Shown here one piece after another: positions 1 to 12,479 of a DNA stretch of 64,000 nt (the stretch's first letter is position 1; each line of letters opens with the position of its first letter). Below the pieces are notes generated by a model. It did no database searches. It saw only the letters and a program-made list of their open reading frames with translations, and was not told the origin of the DNA. The DNA lies in contig QPMI01000595.1 in NCBI GenBank assembly GCA_004431415.1, forward strand, positions 4,302 through 68,301, written 5' to 3'. A program made the position numbers and the translations under genes. The DNA is from Cyanophora paradoxa CCMP329. Taxonomy: Eukaryota; Plantae; Glaucophyta.

Positions 1-3
1 CTT

Positions 4-882
4 GTGAGCAAAGGTATTATAATTAAGAAGGTTCACAGGGTTCTCTCATTTGCAACCTCTGCATTCATGAAGAGTTATATTGATCTAAATACGAAACTGA
101 GGCGCCAATCTATGTCCAGATTCGAGAGTGACTTCTTTAAATTAATGAACAATGCAATCTATGGTAAATGCCTCGAATCATGCAGGGGTCGCTCTGTGGT
201 TAAGATTGCTAACAGTGAGAAACTCTGCAAGAAATATGCTGCAAGTCCATTGATCAAGGCAACCAATGTATTAAACGAAAATGCTGTTGCCTTTGAGATG
301 TATTCAAAGCATGTTCACTTAGATAAACCAGTTGCAATTGGGGCTTTTGTGCTGGATTTCGCGAAACTCCATAACAGCAGGTTCTTTTATGATGTGGTGA
401 GGAGAACTTGGGAAACAGCTGAGCTACTATTCCATGATACAGATTCTTTCTGTCTAATGCTTCATACCAATGATCTTAATAATGAGATGAAGCGAATTTC
501 GGAACACCTGGATTGCAGTAATTATGATCCCTCCCACCCTCTCTTTGATAGGAGCAATCGCTTGATTCCAGGTAAATATAAAAACGAGTTTCCCAATGCA
601 AAGATTGTTGAGTATGTAGGTCTGAGATCGAAACTCTATGCTTTCAGAACTGAGACCTTTGATAAAATAAAAATGTCTGGAACCTCCTCAAAAGAGGTTT
701 ACTTTGATGATTTCAAGAGATGCTTGTTTGAAGGCATCACCAAAACAGTAGCAGTAGTAAACAAGCGAAGACAAGACCACAACCTATATGATTTGGAGAG
801 CAGAAGGGTGGCTCTAAACCAACTCGATAGCAAAAGGAAGATATTAGACGATGGAATTCACAGCATTCCATTTGGGCTCTAA
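4..882 (+). CDS. polB: Protein-primed family B DNA polymerase, C-terminal part (5' truncated by window)
   Basis: Motifs KLMNNAIYGK, HDTDS and YVGLRSKLY; colinear with 48943-50802. Confidence 0.92.
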   Translation: MSKGIIIKKVHRVLSFATSAFMKSYIDLNTKLRRQSMSRFESDFFKLMNNAIYGKCLESCRGRSVVKIANSEKLCKKYAASPLIKATNVLNENAVAFEMYSKHVHLDKPVAIGAFVLDFAKLHNSRFFYDVVRRTWETAELLFHDTDSFCLMLHTNDLNNEMKRISEHLDCSNYDPSHPLFDRSNRLIPGKYKNEFPNAKIVEYVGLRSKLYAFRTETFDKIKMSGTSSKEVYFDDFKRCLFEGITKTVAVVNKRRQDHNLYDLESRRVALNQLDSKRKILDDGIHSIPFGL

Positions 883-1065
883 TCTACTTCATCAATCTTT
901 CTTTTTCTTTGGTTTCGCTCTCCAAGAAGTAATAAACCGCGAATTAAATGCAGCAGCCAAATACATCTTAATCCAGGGTCATTGGGCTCGATTGCAAAGT
1001 AGTTTGGAATTGTGTTCTCCTTCCACACAGACTCTTGCATTTATTATATGAGAGATAAGGTAAAG

Positions 1066-2466
1066 ATGCCCTCCACACAAATAGGATTGAGACAACCACC
1101 AAGAATTGTGAGAAAAGAGGCAATTGAAGATCGAGGGAATATTCTGCCCATCACAGTTCCAGTGGAGGAGAAGAGCAGTCGAATATTAAAAAGATCAGAG
1201 ATGGTCAAGCAATTAATCCCAGAGACCCTCCCAGCTGAGACAGCACCAAAAGAGTCAAAGATTGCTAAGAAGTTCTATGATCCCAGGACAGGCTACAAGG
1301 GATTTACTGCAATGAGACAGGAACTACCAGAGGAGAACTACAAGCAAATGAGAGAATGGTATGATAAGCAGGAGGTTGTCCAAATTAATGCACCAACTCT
1401 ATCTCGAAAGAGAGATCCCATGATTCCAATAAGGCAACCCCTTGATACATATGTGATTGATCTGCTCTTCTTTCCTGCATACAAAAAGCAGAATGATGGT
1501 TATGATACATTTATGAGTGCAATGGAATCAACCCTGAGAACAGGGTTCATAATTCCAATGAGAGACAAGAGTGCTCTTACTACTCTTGCAGCATTCAAGC
1601 AACTTGAACAGAGAGTCCCCAGACCAATTGTTCGCATTCAGAGTGACAGTGGAAGCGAATTTACCAATGTGTTATTCACAGATTATCTGGGAACCAAATT
1701 CATTGAGCATCAACTTAGTGATGTTGCAGATCACAGAACCCAAGGTCGAATTGAAGCCTTTAACAGACAGATCAAGAGATTGATCACAAACTACTGCATC
1801 GCAAATAATACTGCACGATTTTTTGATGTGTTGGGTGATATTGAGTATAATTATAATAATACCATTCACTCTGCAACCAAAAGAAAACCAGCAGAGACCA
1901 CAGAAGCCCACTACAAAGAGATAGTGAATATGGAGGATCAGAGATTCAAGAAATCGATTGAGTATCTTGATGCCCTGAAACCTGGTATGTTTGTGAGAGT
2001 GAAAGTTGAAAAGAACCCATTTGCAAAGCAAGGGGTTAATTGGTCTCGAATTGTTTATAGTGTGGAGGGCAGAGAGGGCTTCAAGTTCAGAATCAGAAGT
2101 CCCAGTGGTGAGATAGTTGATGGTAGATTCGCTTTTCATGAACTGCTGCCCATTAAAGGTGTTGAGTATCATGAAACTCCCACAGTGGATGCCCTTGAAC
2201 ATGCAAAGGAGGAAGCCAGGGTTGATTCTGCAATCAGAAAGGAGGGCATAGAAAAAGCAAGTGAAGTACCAAAAGAGCCCCTCACAGAAGCAAGAGCACA
2301 AAAGAAGGGTAGAGTAGAGAAAGAATTAAAGAAGTTGACCATAGCAGGAACCCAGAAATTATCAGAAGTCAACAGTCAGAGGTGGTATAATGACTTTTCA
2401 ACCACCAAGGAAACATATACTGCACCCCAAACTCGATTTAATTTACGAAGTGGTCAAAGGAAATAG
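1066..2466 (+). CDS. Retroviral-like (rve, DDE) integrase of Polinton type
   Basis: YVIDL / IQSDSGSEF / IEAFNRQIK catalytic triad, YNNTIHS..KP, and C-terminal NWS..VY segment. Likely start MPSTQ. Confidence 0.92.
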   Translation: MPSTQIGLRQPPRIVRKEAIEDRGNILPITVPVEEKSSRILKRSEMVKQLIPETLPAETAPKESKIAKKFYDPRTGYKGFTAMRQELPEENYKQMREWYDKQEVVQINAPTLSRKRDPMIPIRQPLDTYVIDLLFFPAYKKQNDGYDTFMSAMESTLRTGFIIPMRDKSALTTLAAFKQLEQRVPRPIVRIQSDSGSEFTNVLFTDYLGTKFIEHQLSDVADHRTQGRIEAFNRQIKRLITNYCIANNTARFFDVLGDIEYNYNNTIHSATKRKPAETTEAHYKEIVNMEDQRFKKSIEYLDALKPGMFVRVKVEKNPFAKQGVNWSRIVYSVEGREGFKFRIRSPSGEIVDGRFAFHELLPIKGVEYHETPTVDALEHAKEEARVDSAIRKEGIEKASEVPKEPLTEARAQKKGRVEKELKKLTIAGTQKLSEVNSQRWYNDFSTTKETYTAPQTRFNLRSGQRK

Positions 2467-2467
2467 A

Positions 2468-2710
2468 TCAGCAGCGCTTCCGAAATCTCTTAGACCTCTG
2501 ACGAATTTTCCTCATTTGTCTATCTTTTTCAATAATTTCCAAGAAGAAAGTTTCAAGGTTTGAGACCAGTTGGTAATTGTAAACAAAGAACAGTCTCACA
2601 TGCTCTGGCTGTGACATGAAGAAATTGTAATAGAAAGCAGTTTTGAAATCATGGATCCAGTCTGATTGGGCAGCATGGATGATAGCAGGGTCTTGGTAGA
2701 TGGGATCCAT
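2468..2710 (-). CDS. Small hypothetical viral protein
   Basis: ATG-initiated ORF (MDPIYQD...) abutting the integrase stop; no recognisable motif. Confidence 0.45.
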   Translation of the reverse strand: MDPIYQDPAIIHAAQSDWIHDFKTAFYYNFFMSQPEHVRLFFVYNYQLVSNLETFFLEIIEKDRQMRKIRQRSKRFRKRC

Positions 2711-2939
2711 AGCAGAAGTTGAGAGAATCCAGAAAATCCTTGTCAATTTTTTATTTTGTAAGTGCCCGATCACGACGAATCCTGATTGGCGCTATCGTGG
2801 CGATTCCGAATCTGTTTTCAGATTTAAAAACGGAGCACTTGGTAATAAAATACAGTAGCTACTGTAAAAATCGCCATAATGTGGGCGAAGATACAGAAGC
2901 CACTGTATCATACATCAGGACATCAGGACTTCTGAAATA

Positions 2940-4480
2940 TTATACACTTCGAATAAATGCACCTGTCACATCAACTCTCATAGTTGGGGTGTTGATGTAT
3001 ACAAGTGGATAAATTCGAATATACCTTGTCCTCAGAGGGTAGCCAATATAGAAAACGTCTTTAATAGAGGTGGGATACCCAGAACTGTATGAGACATCAC
3101 CACTGTTGTGGGCATTATTGATAGTTTCACACATGAACACTCTATTGACACCTTCATACTTGATAAATGACCAAGAAATCCCATCTTGTGATGTTGCAAC
3201 ATTGAAGGTCTTAATAAAAGCGTTTGTTACACCAGAACCATATGCTATAATAGATGCAACCTCAAATATGTATGGGAAGGTTACTTGGAGATACTCAGTG
3301 GGGACACTCCATATCCCATCAGGAGCAGATGCATTTGCTTCCCAACCTGTCAAGGAAGGTCTTGATTTAAATGCCTCCCTTCCAATTTTTGATGATGAAG
3401 CAGTGAATGCACCATCTGATAGAAGATACCAGTTAGCATCAATTGGAGGTATGCTATTCAGAGTGGATGATATATAGAACCTTGCAGGGTTCTTGATTTC
3501 GTAATTTGCAACCAGTAAATCACAGAGTCTATCAATCATCACAGTGTTTGCTGCTATGTACATTTCGGTTGCATCTATCATATCTGGGATCTTAGAGGTA
3601 TCATCCAGAGAGTTTACTATGGTCTTTGGAAGTGGGACAGAGAGTCTATAATATCTTGCATATCCTTGATCATCATTATATGGAGAAACTCTTGCATCTT
3701 TTCCAGTGCTGAGAGTTCACTTGCAGCCATCAACATATTGATTAATGGACTTCCAGAGGTCGAAGCAATCCAAGAGAGGATGCCCCAGCTGTTCACATCT
3801 TCATAAGAGTAACCCACATTTGGAGCATCTGTTTCATTGACTTCACCACAGGATATACTTATCACTATAATATCATCATCATCATCATAGATCTTCTTAG
3901 CATGACTGTAACCACAGACACTGGGATTGTTGTTACCTGAGATTGCACCATCAATTAGAGACATCCCATCATAGTTCACAGGTGAGAAATATGTTGGAGC
4001 AGCAGAGGTGGATCTTGCAGCAATCTTGCTGGGGATGGATTTGTAGGAGTTATCATTGGTGATAAAAATGGGCTTCATACTCACAGTGTCAAAACTTGTG
4101 ATCACTACATCTTTGAGAGAGTCTTGAATGAGAGACTCACCAGTAACAGTGAGAATGGCTGTCTCCAATGGGGTCACATCATACTTGGTGTTGAAGAGTG
4201 CATTATCAATAATATTTCGGGGATTTGCAAAGATTAAAGGCAGTTGATTGAGATAAGTGGAATGCAAATCGGTTGCTGTGAGTTTAGGTTCGTTTGGAAA
4301 TTCGGGATTTTTCACATTGAGACCAATCGCAATTATCCCACCAGTGGATGTTCCACTCACCAGGTCAACAAGATCTATGACTCTTTTTCCTGTTCGAGTT
4401 TCGATTTCTTTTAGCAATCTCGTAATAATTATACCACGAGCTCCCCCACCTGAAAGACTGAGAATTACACGAAGGGGCAT
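2940..4480 (-). CDS. Patatin-like phospholipase fused to F5/8 type C (discoidin) domain, frameshifted in this assembly
   Basis: GGGARG, GTSTGG and DGA motifs in 3617-4480; RYIRIYP...MRVDVTG discoidin end in 2940-3581. Intact single-ORF homologue at 36168-37724. Confidence 0.88.
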
Positions 4481-4529
4481 CTTTACTTAACTCAAATTTA
4501 ATAAATCTCTATAAGTAGAGTAAACAGGG

Positions 4530-7500
4530 ATGAGTTTCAATTACCCAGCAAACCTTCAAACCATTCCCTCATCAGGAAGAGGGAAGGCAGATAACAAACA
4601 TGTGAATTTCGATAACTTGACAGCCAGAGGGTCAATCTCAATTGATCACAGTGCAGATGAACCCTCAAAGACTCACCCAAGAGAGCATGCACTTTCAATA
4701 AACGAAATGGATCCCGAAAAGGAAGATGTGAGTGTTGCTTTCAGCATGGGAAATGTGAAATCGAATCAGGTAGCCCAGATTAAAGCAACCAGGAGCAGAC
4801 CAAGAAAACTGAAAACCAGTGGAACCCACCCAGATATTCCAACTCGATTCGATAGTGGTAGGTTAATATTCAATGTTCAAAATGAGAAGGGTGGGCATCA
4901 GAGTGGTTTAAGAATCTATAATGAAGGATCAAATGCAATTGCACAAATTCCCGAAATATTACAGATAGCCCCCCATGGAGAAACCAACAAAATCGAGTTC
5001 ACTAACAATGTTTATCCACGAGATATTGTGGCGAATTCGGCTTCTAATGCGCAATTCGGTTTCCAACTACCTGGTGATACAGCAAAGAATAAGGCGTCTA
5101 TCACTGTCAACAGTAGCCCCACTCAACCAGTAACAGTTCATTTACACCCAGACCTTGTCGAAATGGATAGGCACCTTTTACCTTTGGTGACAAACACCAA
5201 AGATCTTGGTATTAGAACCAGACAATGGCGAAATATCCATGGAAGCAATGTCTATGCAAATGGAGAGAAACTTGTTAGTGAGAAGACCATCAGAGAGATC
5301 TTTGAATATTATGGACCTGTCCCAGTTCCCTTCCCACTACCATGGGATCCACCAGATTTAACACCGAAAAAGCAACCAGGCAGAGAGTACACAGCAGATG
5401 AGACAGTTCCTTTTGGTCAACACATTGTGAGTTGGGAGCAGGTTCGAAATAAACCTATAATTGAACCAAGAAAGCAAATTGATGAGCAATATTTACCTCC
5501 TGAAATTGATATTTTGGAGCTTGACGAATACCAATTCGTTCCAGATGAGGAGGAATACCTACCTGATGGTTTCGACCACAAGAGTATGAATATGATCAAT
5601 ATGATCCCAATGAGGAAGAGTATTTACCAGATGGTTTAGATCCACAAGAGTATGAATATGAGCAGAATTATGAACCCCATGAGGAATATTTAGCAGATGG
5701 TCTCGAACCACCAGTTGTTGATTATGAGCAACCATATGAACCCCATGAAGAATTATTACCAGATGGATTTCGCCCAGAGATTTGGAGTTCTTCCCAGATT
5801 GGGAGCAGATCAATAACAAACCAGCAAGATTTCCACCAGAGGATCACAACCATGACTGGGATGAGATATTAGGTAAACCAGAGAAATTCCCACCAGAGGA
5901 TCACAGGCATGACTGGGTGATCTGGATGGGATACCAGATAAGTTTGCAGCAAGCAACCATGAACACACCTGGGATGAGATCAATGACCAACCAGAATTCG
6001 CAAAAGTAGAGCCTCTTGCTACTCTGGGAGTTTCTCTTTACCAGACTTGCAATGTCCCTGAAAGGATCTTTTGAATCACCACTATGTTCATGTGGAAGGG
6101 ACACTTGCAAATTCAGCTATGATAGGACCATTGCATATTAGAACATTACCAGGCTCTTATAATCCACCACCAGAACCAGGAGCAACCATACCAAATATCT
6201 TTGTGTCAAGCTACATGGAGGTTGACATACCCACAGATACTTTTAGAGTTCCAACAGACCCAGCAACCTACCAAAATTACAATGCAGCTATACAGGTTCA
6301 TGTTGCAGATGTGAGCAGTCTGGATGGATCAAGACCAATGATAGTTTTCAGTCGAGATAAATACTCCTACATTCCCATAGTGGGAACTGCAAATGATAAT
6401 TATGGAAGGGCAGAACTTGCATGGATAAAAACGAATTATGGTGGGGTTCTGGAAGCTAATCAAAGAATGGCTGCAAAAAATATTCACAATGAAACTATAT
6501 CAAGAGTGGTTACAGAAGATTACCTGCAAGCCCAAAACTACATAGATGAAACCGAACTGAATACAATCATTGCAGGTATAAACATTGGTGTAACAGGTGA
6601 TTACCTTCCTCTTACAGGTGGGACTATTGATGGAACAGTTACAGCATGCAACTTCTTTGTTCACACTGAAAGCAATCAAACATTCCCAGTTGTACATCCA
6701 GGAGGTGAGTATGAGATACCTGATGATCCAGCTATCATGCCCATTAAGATTGACCTCCCTTCTGATTATGTTGGAAGGGGTGAACTGAAAATCATATCTT
6801 TCACAGGAGATTATAATGATCTCATTAATAAACCCACCCCATCTAATCTACACCCTGTTGCATATTCAGGTAGCTTCCTTGATCTGAATAATCGAGCACA
6901 TACCCACACAAGAGCAGAGATCACAGATTTCGCACACACTCACACAAAATCCCAGATAACAGATTTTGCACACACCCACACAAGAGCAGATATTACGAAT
7001 TTCGCTCACACTCATTTTAAATCTGAAATCACAGATTTCGCACACACTCACACAAAGTCACAGATTACAGATTTTGCACACACTCATGTCAAGAGTGAGA
7101 TTACAGATTTTGCACACACTCATGTCAAGAGTGAGATTACAGATTTGCTCACACTCATGTCAAAGCAGATATTACAGATTTTGCACATACTCATGATTGG
7201 AATACAGATATCTATAACAAACCCGCTTTATTTTCGGGCAACTACAATGACCTGACCAATAAACCCACCCTCGATCCCTTTACAGCAAATAATATCACTG
7301 CAAATGCAAACCTTCTCATTGGATCAGGTTACTTTCTCGATTATGACCCATATATTATGCCTGATCCTCCTGTTATTTGGAATTTCCACAATTCAACCCT
7401 TTCTACTAACTCTATATCTTACTATCAGGATAAAACCCTACTTGTTCGTGGAAATGCATATGCAAGAGAAATGTGGGTCATGGATCCTCGGGACAATTCA

Positions 7501-7836
7501 AAGGTTACTAAGCTGGCTCCTCAATACATGCTTGATAACCTGATTAGAAAAGGGAGACATGAAATGACAATTGCGAATCCTCAAATTGGGGGCAGTTCAG
7601 CAAGGCAAAACCATAGCATTACATTAAATTGGAGTCCTGCCTTTGCATCTGCTCCATCTGTTGTTGTAACATTGCAGGGACTACCTGCAACAAATGTGGA
7701 AATCGATTATAAAATAGGAATATCAAGCAACTCAACAACCTCTACCACAATCAATCTTGTTATTTGGGCAGCAGGATGGGTAACCATTCAACCACAGTGG
7801 CTTCAAATTGCAATCCATTGGATAGCATCAGCATAA
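4530..7836 (+). CDS. Long fibre/spike-like protein with phage-tail HTH(T)K.xITDFA repeats, split by frameshifts
   Basis: ORFs 4530-5639, 5782-6009, 6071-7255 and 7357-7836 align in order to the 2451-aa ORF at 28769-36124; YLPLTGGT motif; 36-bp tandem repeat at about 6896-7195. Confidence 0.8.
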
Positions 7837-7861
7837 TAAAGATTCTCACACTATTACAAAG

Positions 7862-8925
7862 ATGACCTCTCTATTAGAAATCCCAAACTATGAACTTGCA
7901 GCCAAATCACTACACAGCACCTCTCATGGAGTAGTTGATTCAACCCCTGGGTATATTTGCACTGAGACATCAAGCAATACCTCTTTCACAGAAGGCAATA
8001 TACTGAGAGTGAAAGAAATTCGATGTGATCGAAATGGAGGCAAGATAAGAACCACAGGTATTATTATCTCCAATAAAAATCAGGTTCAAGCAGGTCAAGT
8101 AATCCCCGATTCAGCAATATATGATAATGTGGGTGGATTTACCACAGCTCAGATAGTTACTTTTGGTAACACAAGTAATAATTCTGCTCTTGTAGTCAAG
8201 AGTGGAGGAGCCTACATTGGAGATGGAGCAAATGTAGCAGGAACTGTTACAGCAAACCAATTAAATGTGAGTGGGACAAGTGTATTCACAGGATTGATGA
8301 CCTTTAATGGTGGTCTCTCAGGAGATGTTAACTATGTTACTCGAATAGCTACTACAAGAGTTAATGCACCTGAGATGGATAATGGGACAGATGCAAATGT
8401 GAATTATAAACGAAACGGAGATATCATTTTCACTCTCGAAAAGACAATAACAGATCTGAAAGCAATCACATTTCCAACAAACAGTGGTCTTAAACGCAGC
8501 TATTGCCCAAGAATGTGTATTTCAGGACAACAAGCAAACGCTCAGATTTTTGGAACAAGTGTTAGTTCCGGCACCCAACACTTCCTTTTCCAGTTGGAAC
8601 ATATCTTGTGAATAATGAGGGTCATTTTGACAAACTGTATCCAGCAACATTTACAGCCCCTGTTTCAGGAGTTTATAGGGTCTATTTTACAATTACGGAA
8701 GACAATACTGCAACTGCCTCCTTGACCCAGATTGGACTAAGAATAAACGGAAACAATACAAATCAGATTCTTTCATATGCAAGTCAATCAAGCAGGAATC
8801 AGATGTGCTACGAAGCTCTTATTACCCTCACCATGGGAGACAGTCTTCAAATTTACTGTATGTTAGGTAGTATTGACTTTCCAAGCAATCACATCTTGTT
8901 GGTTTACCTGGTAAGTGCTACATAA
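7862..8925 (+). CDS. Short fibre paralogue 1 with C1q/TNF-like head (one frameshift near 8600)
   Basis: Shared N-terminal motif EIRCDRNGG..RTT...SGGAYIGDG; C-terminal FTAPVSGVYRV typical of C1q-like domains. Confidence 0.65.
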
Positions 8926-8947
8926 TATTGTTTGTATAATATAAAGA

Positions 8948-9966
8948 ATGTCTACACAAATAGCTGTTCCTGTTTTCTGTTATGCAGCGCCGAAATTGCA
9001 TCAACTCAACCATACAGTAACAGATGCTACCCCAGGTTTCATTTGCACAGAGACCACAGGAGCCGATTCATTCTCTCAACATTCTGTGATCAGATGCAAA
9101 GAAATTCGATGTGATCGAAATGCAGGCAAGGTGAGAACCACAGGTCTAATAGTCTCAAACAAGAACCAAGTTCAATCAGGTCAGATTGTATCAGATTCAG
9201 CAATTTATGATGATGTGGAGGGTTCACCACACCAAAGATTGTTACCTTTGACAACACCATCAATAACTCAGCTCTTGTAGTAAGAAGTGGAGGCGCTTAT
9301 ATTGGAGATGGGGCAAGGATTGATGGAACCCTTACAGCCAATCAAGTAAGCATAACAGGAACAAGCACATTTACAGGATTGGTAACAGCAAATGCTGGAA
9401 TTAGTATTCCCAATTCCACAGAATCAATAATAACAGCATCAACCAAGGTGGTCACTCCTGAAATAGATACAGGAGCAGATGTTAATCTGCTGTTAAAACG
9501 TAACAGTGATCTTTTTGCAACACTGGAAGCCAATCGTTTGACTCTGAATTCAAGCTATTTAAAATATGTTTCTCAGCCACGATTTTCTGTTCAACTTGGA
9601 TATACTCATGTTGCTACAAGTGCAGCCGCTCTGATCAATTGGACAACCGTTTTGATAAATAATACAGGGTCATTCGATGTTACTAATGGAAGGTTTACAG
9701 CTCCTGTTGCAGGTGATTATAGATTTACAGCATATACCAATTCAACAACAAGTGCTGCAATAAGTCTAAGTTTTCTGAAAAATAATCTTTTACCCAATGG
9801 AGTTAACATTTCAGTAGAAGCTAATTCCACTATCACAACCAAACCTCTTACTCTCAGTGCAATTATCAATGTTCCTGCTGGTGAGTATGTAACACTTGTC
9901 ACAGGTTCCACAGGTAGTTATTCAAGTAGAACACTTTTCACAGGTGAACTTCTAAGTATAACATAA
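8948..9966 (+). CDS. Short fibre paralogue 2 with C1q/TNF-like head (frameshifted near 9220-9240)
   Basis: Same N-terminal motif; C-terminal NNTGSFDVTNGRFTAPVAGDYRF...FTGELL C1q-like signature. Confidence 0.7.
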
Positions 9967-9987
9967 TTTTCTCTCTATTAAGTAGAG

Positions 9988-10254
9988 ATGTCAAATATAT
10001 ACCAAGTAGTTCTATCTGATATTGAGAAGTTGGGAATGGAATACTGTGCTGCTTCTGTTCAGGATTGGATTGATAATGCTGCCCACAACAGAGCAAGAAT
10101 TGCAATTGATGAGATTGTTCAGAAAGAGATCCACTCTTGTATTTCAGCAGGAGTTCAGATACCAACCTCAAAGGAAGCCATTGTATTACAGGCATTCCAA
10201 AGGGGAACTGTAAAGAAAGGCATCGAGTATAACAATGTCACAGAAGAGCAATGA
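9988..10254 (+). CDS. Small phage-like protein, possible fibre-associated chaperone
   Basis: QDWIDNAAHNRARIAIDEIV resembles small proteins I recall next to C1q-type tail fibres in aquatic phages; lies directly after the C1q-head fibres. Confidence 0.5.
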   Translation: MSNIYQVVLSDIEKLGMEYCAASVQDWIDNAAHNRARIAIDEIVQKEIHSCISAGVQIPTSKEAIVLQAFQRGTVKKGIEYNNVTEEQ

Positions 10255-10289
10255 ACATTATTTTTCTTTCCTTCTTAGTAAAAGAAGCA

Positions 10290-11144
10290 ATGGGTGAATA
10301 TAATCGAGTTCAACTGCCTATATATTCCCTTGGATCCCCTGCAATGCATTTTCGCCAGCATGAAGTAAATGATGAGGTTCGTGGTTTAGAATCCACAGAG
10401 AGACCCAATTCCAATGGTAACTCCTTTGATAAAAATTCGATTATTCGAGTTAAAGAGCTGAGAGCTGATAAGAACTCTGGTGTGGTTAAAACAACTCGAC
10501 TGCTTGTCACAAATGCTAACTTCTTCCAACCTACAAATGGAGGTCCAGATGCTTACAGTGTTGATCTGAAAGCCCTTGATTTCGATAAGAATTCTGCTGC
10601 TGTCACTGTGAGATCAGGAGGAGCTTTTATTGGGGGTGGCTGTCGAGTTTCAGGTCAACTTTCTTCATCGATTTCGTATAATGATGTCCCAGATACTCTT
10701 GAACAAAATGTGGAGAACCCACAACGAATACGTTTCTATACACCAGTTGCACAGCAACCTTTTCTACATTTCTATGTTGCTTCCTCTGTCACTCTTGAAA
10801 ATTCGGAATTGGTTATTATAACAGGAACTGATCGAGTAAGAAGAAATATTCCGCTTCCCACAGCAATGCTCTCAATGTGTAGAGCAAATAATAACCAACA
10901 AGGTCACAATTACCTATTCTTTGTTCAAGCATCCAACCATTTCGGTCGGGGATATTGTGTTTATAACAGTTTGACATTTACTTATGATTTGTTTGTCACT
11001 GAGGTTGGAGTTTACAATACTATGATTATGGGACTGAGAACAGATATAGCAGCTGTTTCAGCACTTCGTGGGGTAAATGTTGCAGATATCTTCACAACAG
11101 GGTTTTACCAGGAACCAGATGTGATTGATAACCCAACCCCATAA
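10290..11144 (+). CDS. Short fibre paralogue 3
   Basis: Shared N-terminal motif ELRADKNSGVVKTT...SGGAFIGGG; homologue at 27874-28719. Confidence 0.65.
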   Translation: MGEYNRVQLPIYSLGSPAMHFRQHEVNDEVRGLESTERPNSNGNSFDKNSIIRVKELRADKNSGVVKTTRLLVTNANFFQPTNGGPDAYSVDLKALDFDKNSAAVTVRSGGAFIGGGCRVSGQLSSSISYNDVPDTLEQNVENPQRIRFYTPVAQQPFLHFYVASSVTLENSELVIITGTDRVRRNIPLPTAMLSMCRANNNQQGHNYLFFVQASNHFGRGYCVYNSLTFTYDLFVTEVGVYNTMIMGLRTDIAAVSALRGVNVADIFTTGFYQEPDVIDNPTP

Positions 11145-11167
11145 ATTATATATCACTTTAATGTAAA

Positions 11168-11994
11168 ATGGCTGCCCCAGTAGAGCGAATTATTACACCC
11201 CAACTCTCATTAGCAGCACCTGCAAATCACGTTTTGCAGCATGCTACTTTTGATGATGTAGAAGGTCTCCAATCCACAGAAGTACAACCTACAATGAATA
11301 CCTTTGGTTCCACCCATAAACTGAGATTGCAGGAACTCAGATGTGATAAAAATAATGGTATAGTTAAGACAACGAAACTCCTTGTGACAAATGCGAACTT
11401 TTCTGCCCATTATGGAGACCCAGACAGTTATGGTGATCCTCTTTCTACTTATTCTTTTGAATCTCGGTCGGGAGCTATTAACTGCAAAACGGGGGAGCAT
11501 ATATTGGTGATGGTCTTCGGATTGGTGGAGCTGTTGGTGCGCCTCTTTTCGTAAATGATCAACCCAATCCCATTGATCCCAACACCAGAATTCGCACCTA
11601 TGTCCCCAGTATGAATGCACCATATATTATCAAGATCTTCCCAATTGTTGTGAATGAGCAGACATCAGTAGTTGATTCTCTTGTTGAGATTGGTGACCAC
11701 TACAAGGTGGTCGTGGATATTCCACCAGATGTTTATGCTGTCTGTCAAGTAGAGGGTGGAACCCCAAATATTGCAGTTGTGATCACGCCATATGACAATT
11801 TCGGAATTGCTTATCATGGAGTGAATTTCGGTCTTGAAGATTACCAGTTCTTGGTGAGAGCCACCAGGTTTGGTATCTACAAATGCATTCTCTATGCTGA
11901 GAGAACCGATGCTATTGCAAAACAGAATACATATGCAGAATATTACGGCACAAATCGCTACTTCCCCATTTTCGGGCAGGATACTGCTCCATAG
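11168..11994 (+). CDS. Short fibre paralogue 4 (one frameshift near 11490)
   Basis: ORFs 11168-11554 plus 11611-11994 match the intact 278-aa ORF at 27014-27850 almost residue for residue. Confidence 0.7.
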
Positions 11995-12021
11995 AAATCT
12001 CAGGTATATATAGAGAGAGGG

Positions 12022-12294
12022 ATGGATGATAAAACAAAGAAATTCATAGAATCTGCAATGATGGTTCATGGTGATGCTAAATTCGATTATAGTGAGACAG
12101 TCTATAAGAAAGCGCAAGAGAAGGTCTCTGTTAGATGCCTTAAATGCAACAAGATCCTGCAAACCTACCCATTTAATCATGTAAGGGGAAGTGGATGCAG
12201 AGAATGCAACAAGAAATCCTCTCATGCATATAGAAAAAAGACGACATCAGGAATCGTGATAGATGATAAACCAGTAGTATTATATTTCGATTAG
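12022..12294 (+). CDS. Small zinc-ribbon protein (DUF723-like)
   Basis: KFDYSETVY....KVSVRCLKC...P.NH..GSGCREC pattern; conserved at 26719-26991. Confidence 0.7.
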   Translation: MDDKTKKFIESAMMVHGDAKFDYSETVYKKAQEKVSVRCLKCNKILQTYPFNHVRGSGCRECNKKSSHAYRKKTTSGIVIDDKPVVLYFD

Positions 12295-12479
12295 ATCTTT
12301 GAGAGAGAAATGAGAATCTTTCCCCATTTTCCCTTTGTGATTATGCATGTGTCAAAGCAGCTGGACAGGTCTTGTGGTAGTGCAGCAGAATGATATCCAC
12401 CAACTCATAAGGTAGCACTCTTGCTAAGATGGTTCGCATTCTACCATTCGCGTTTTTAATTTTTCTAAATTATTCATAA

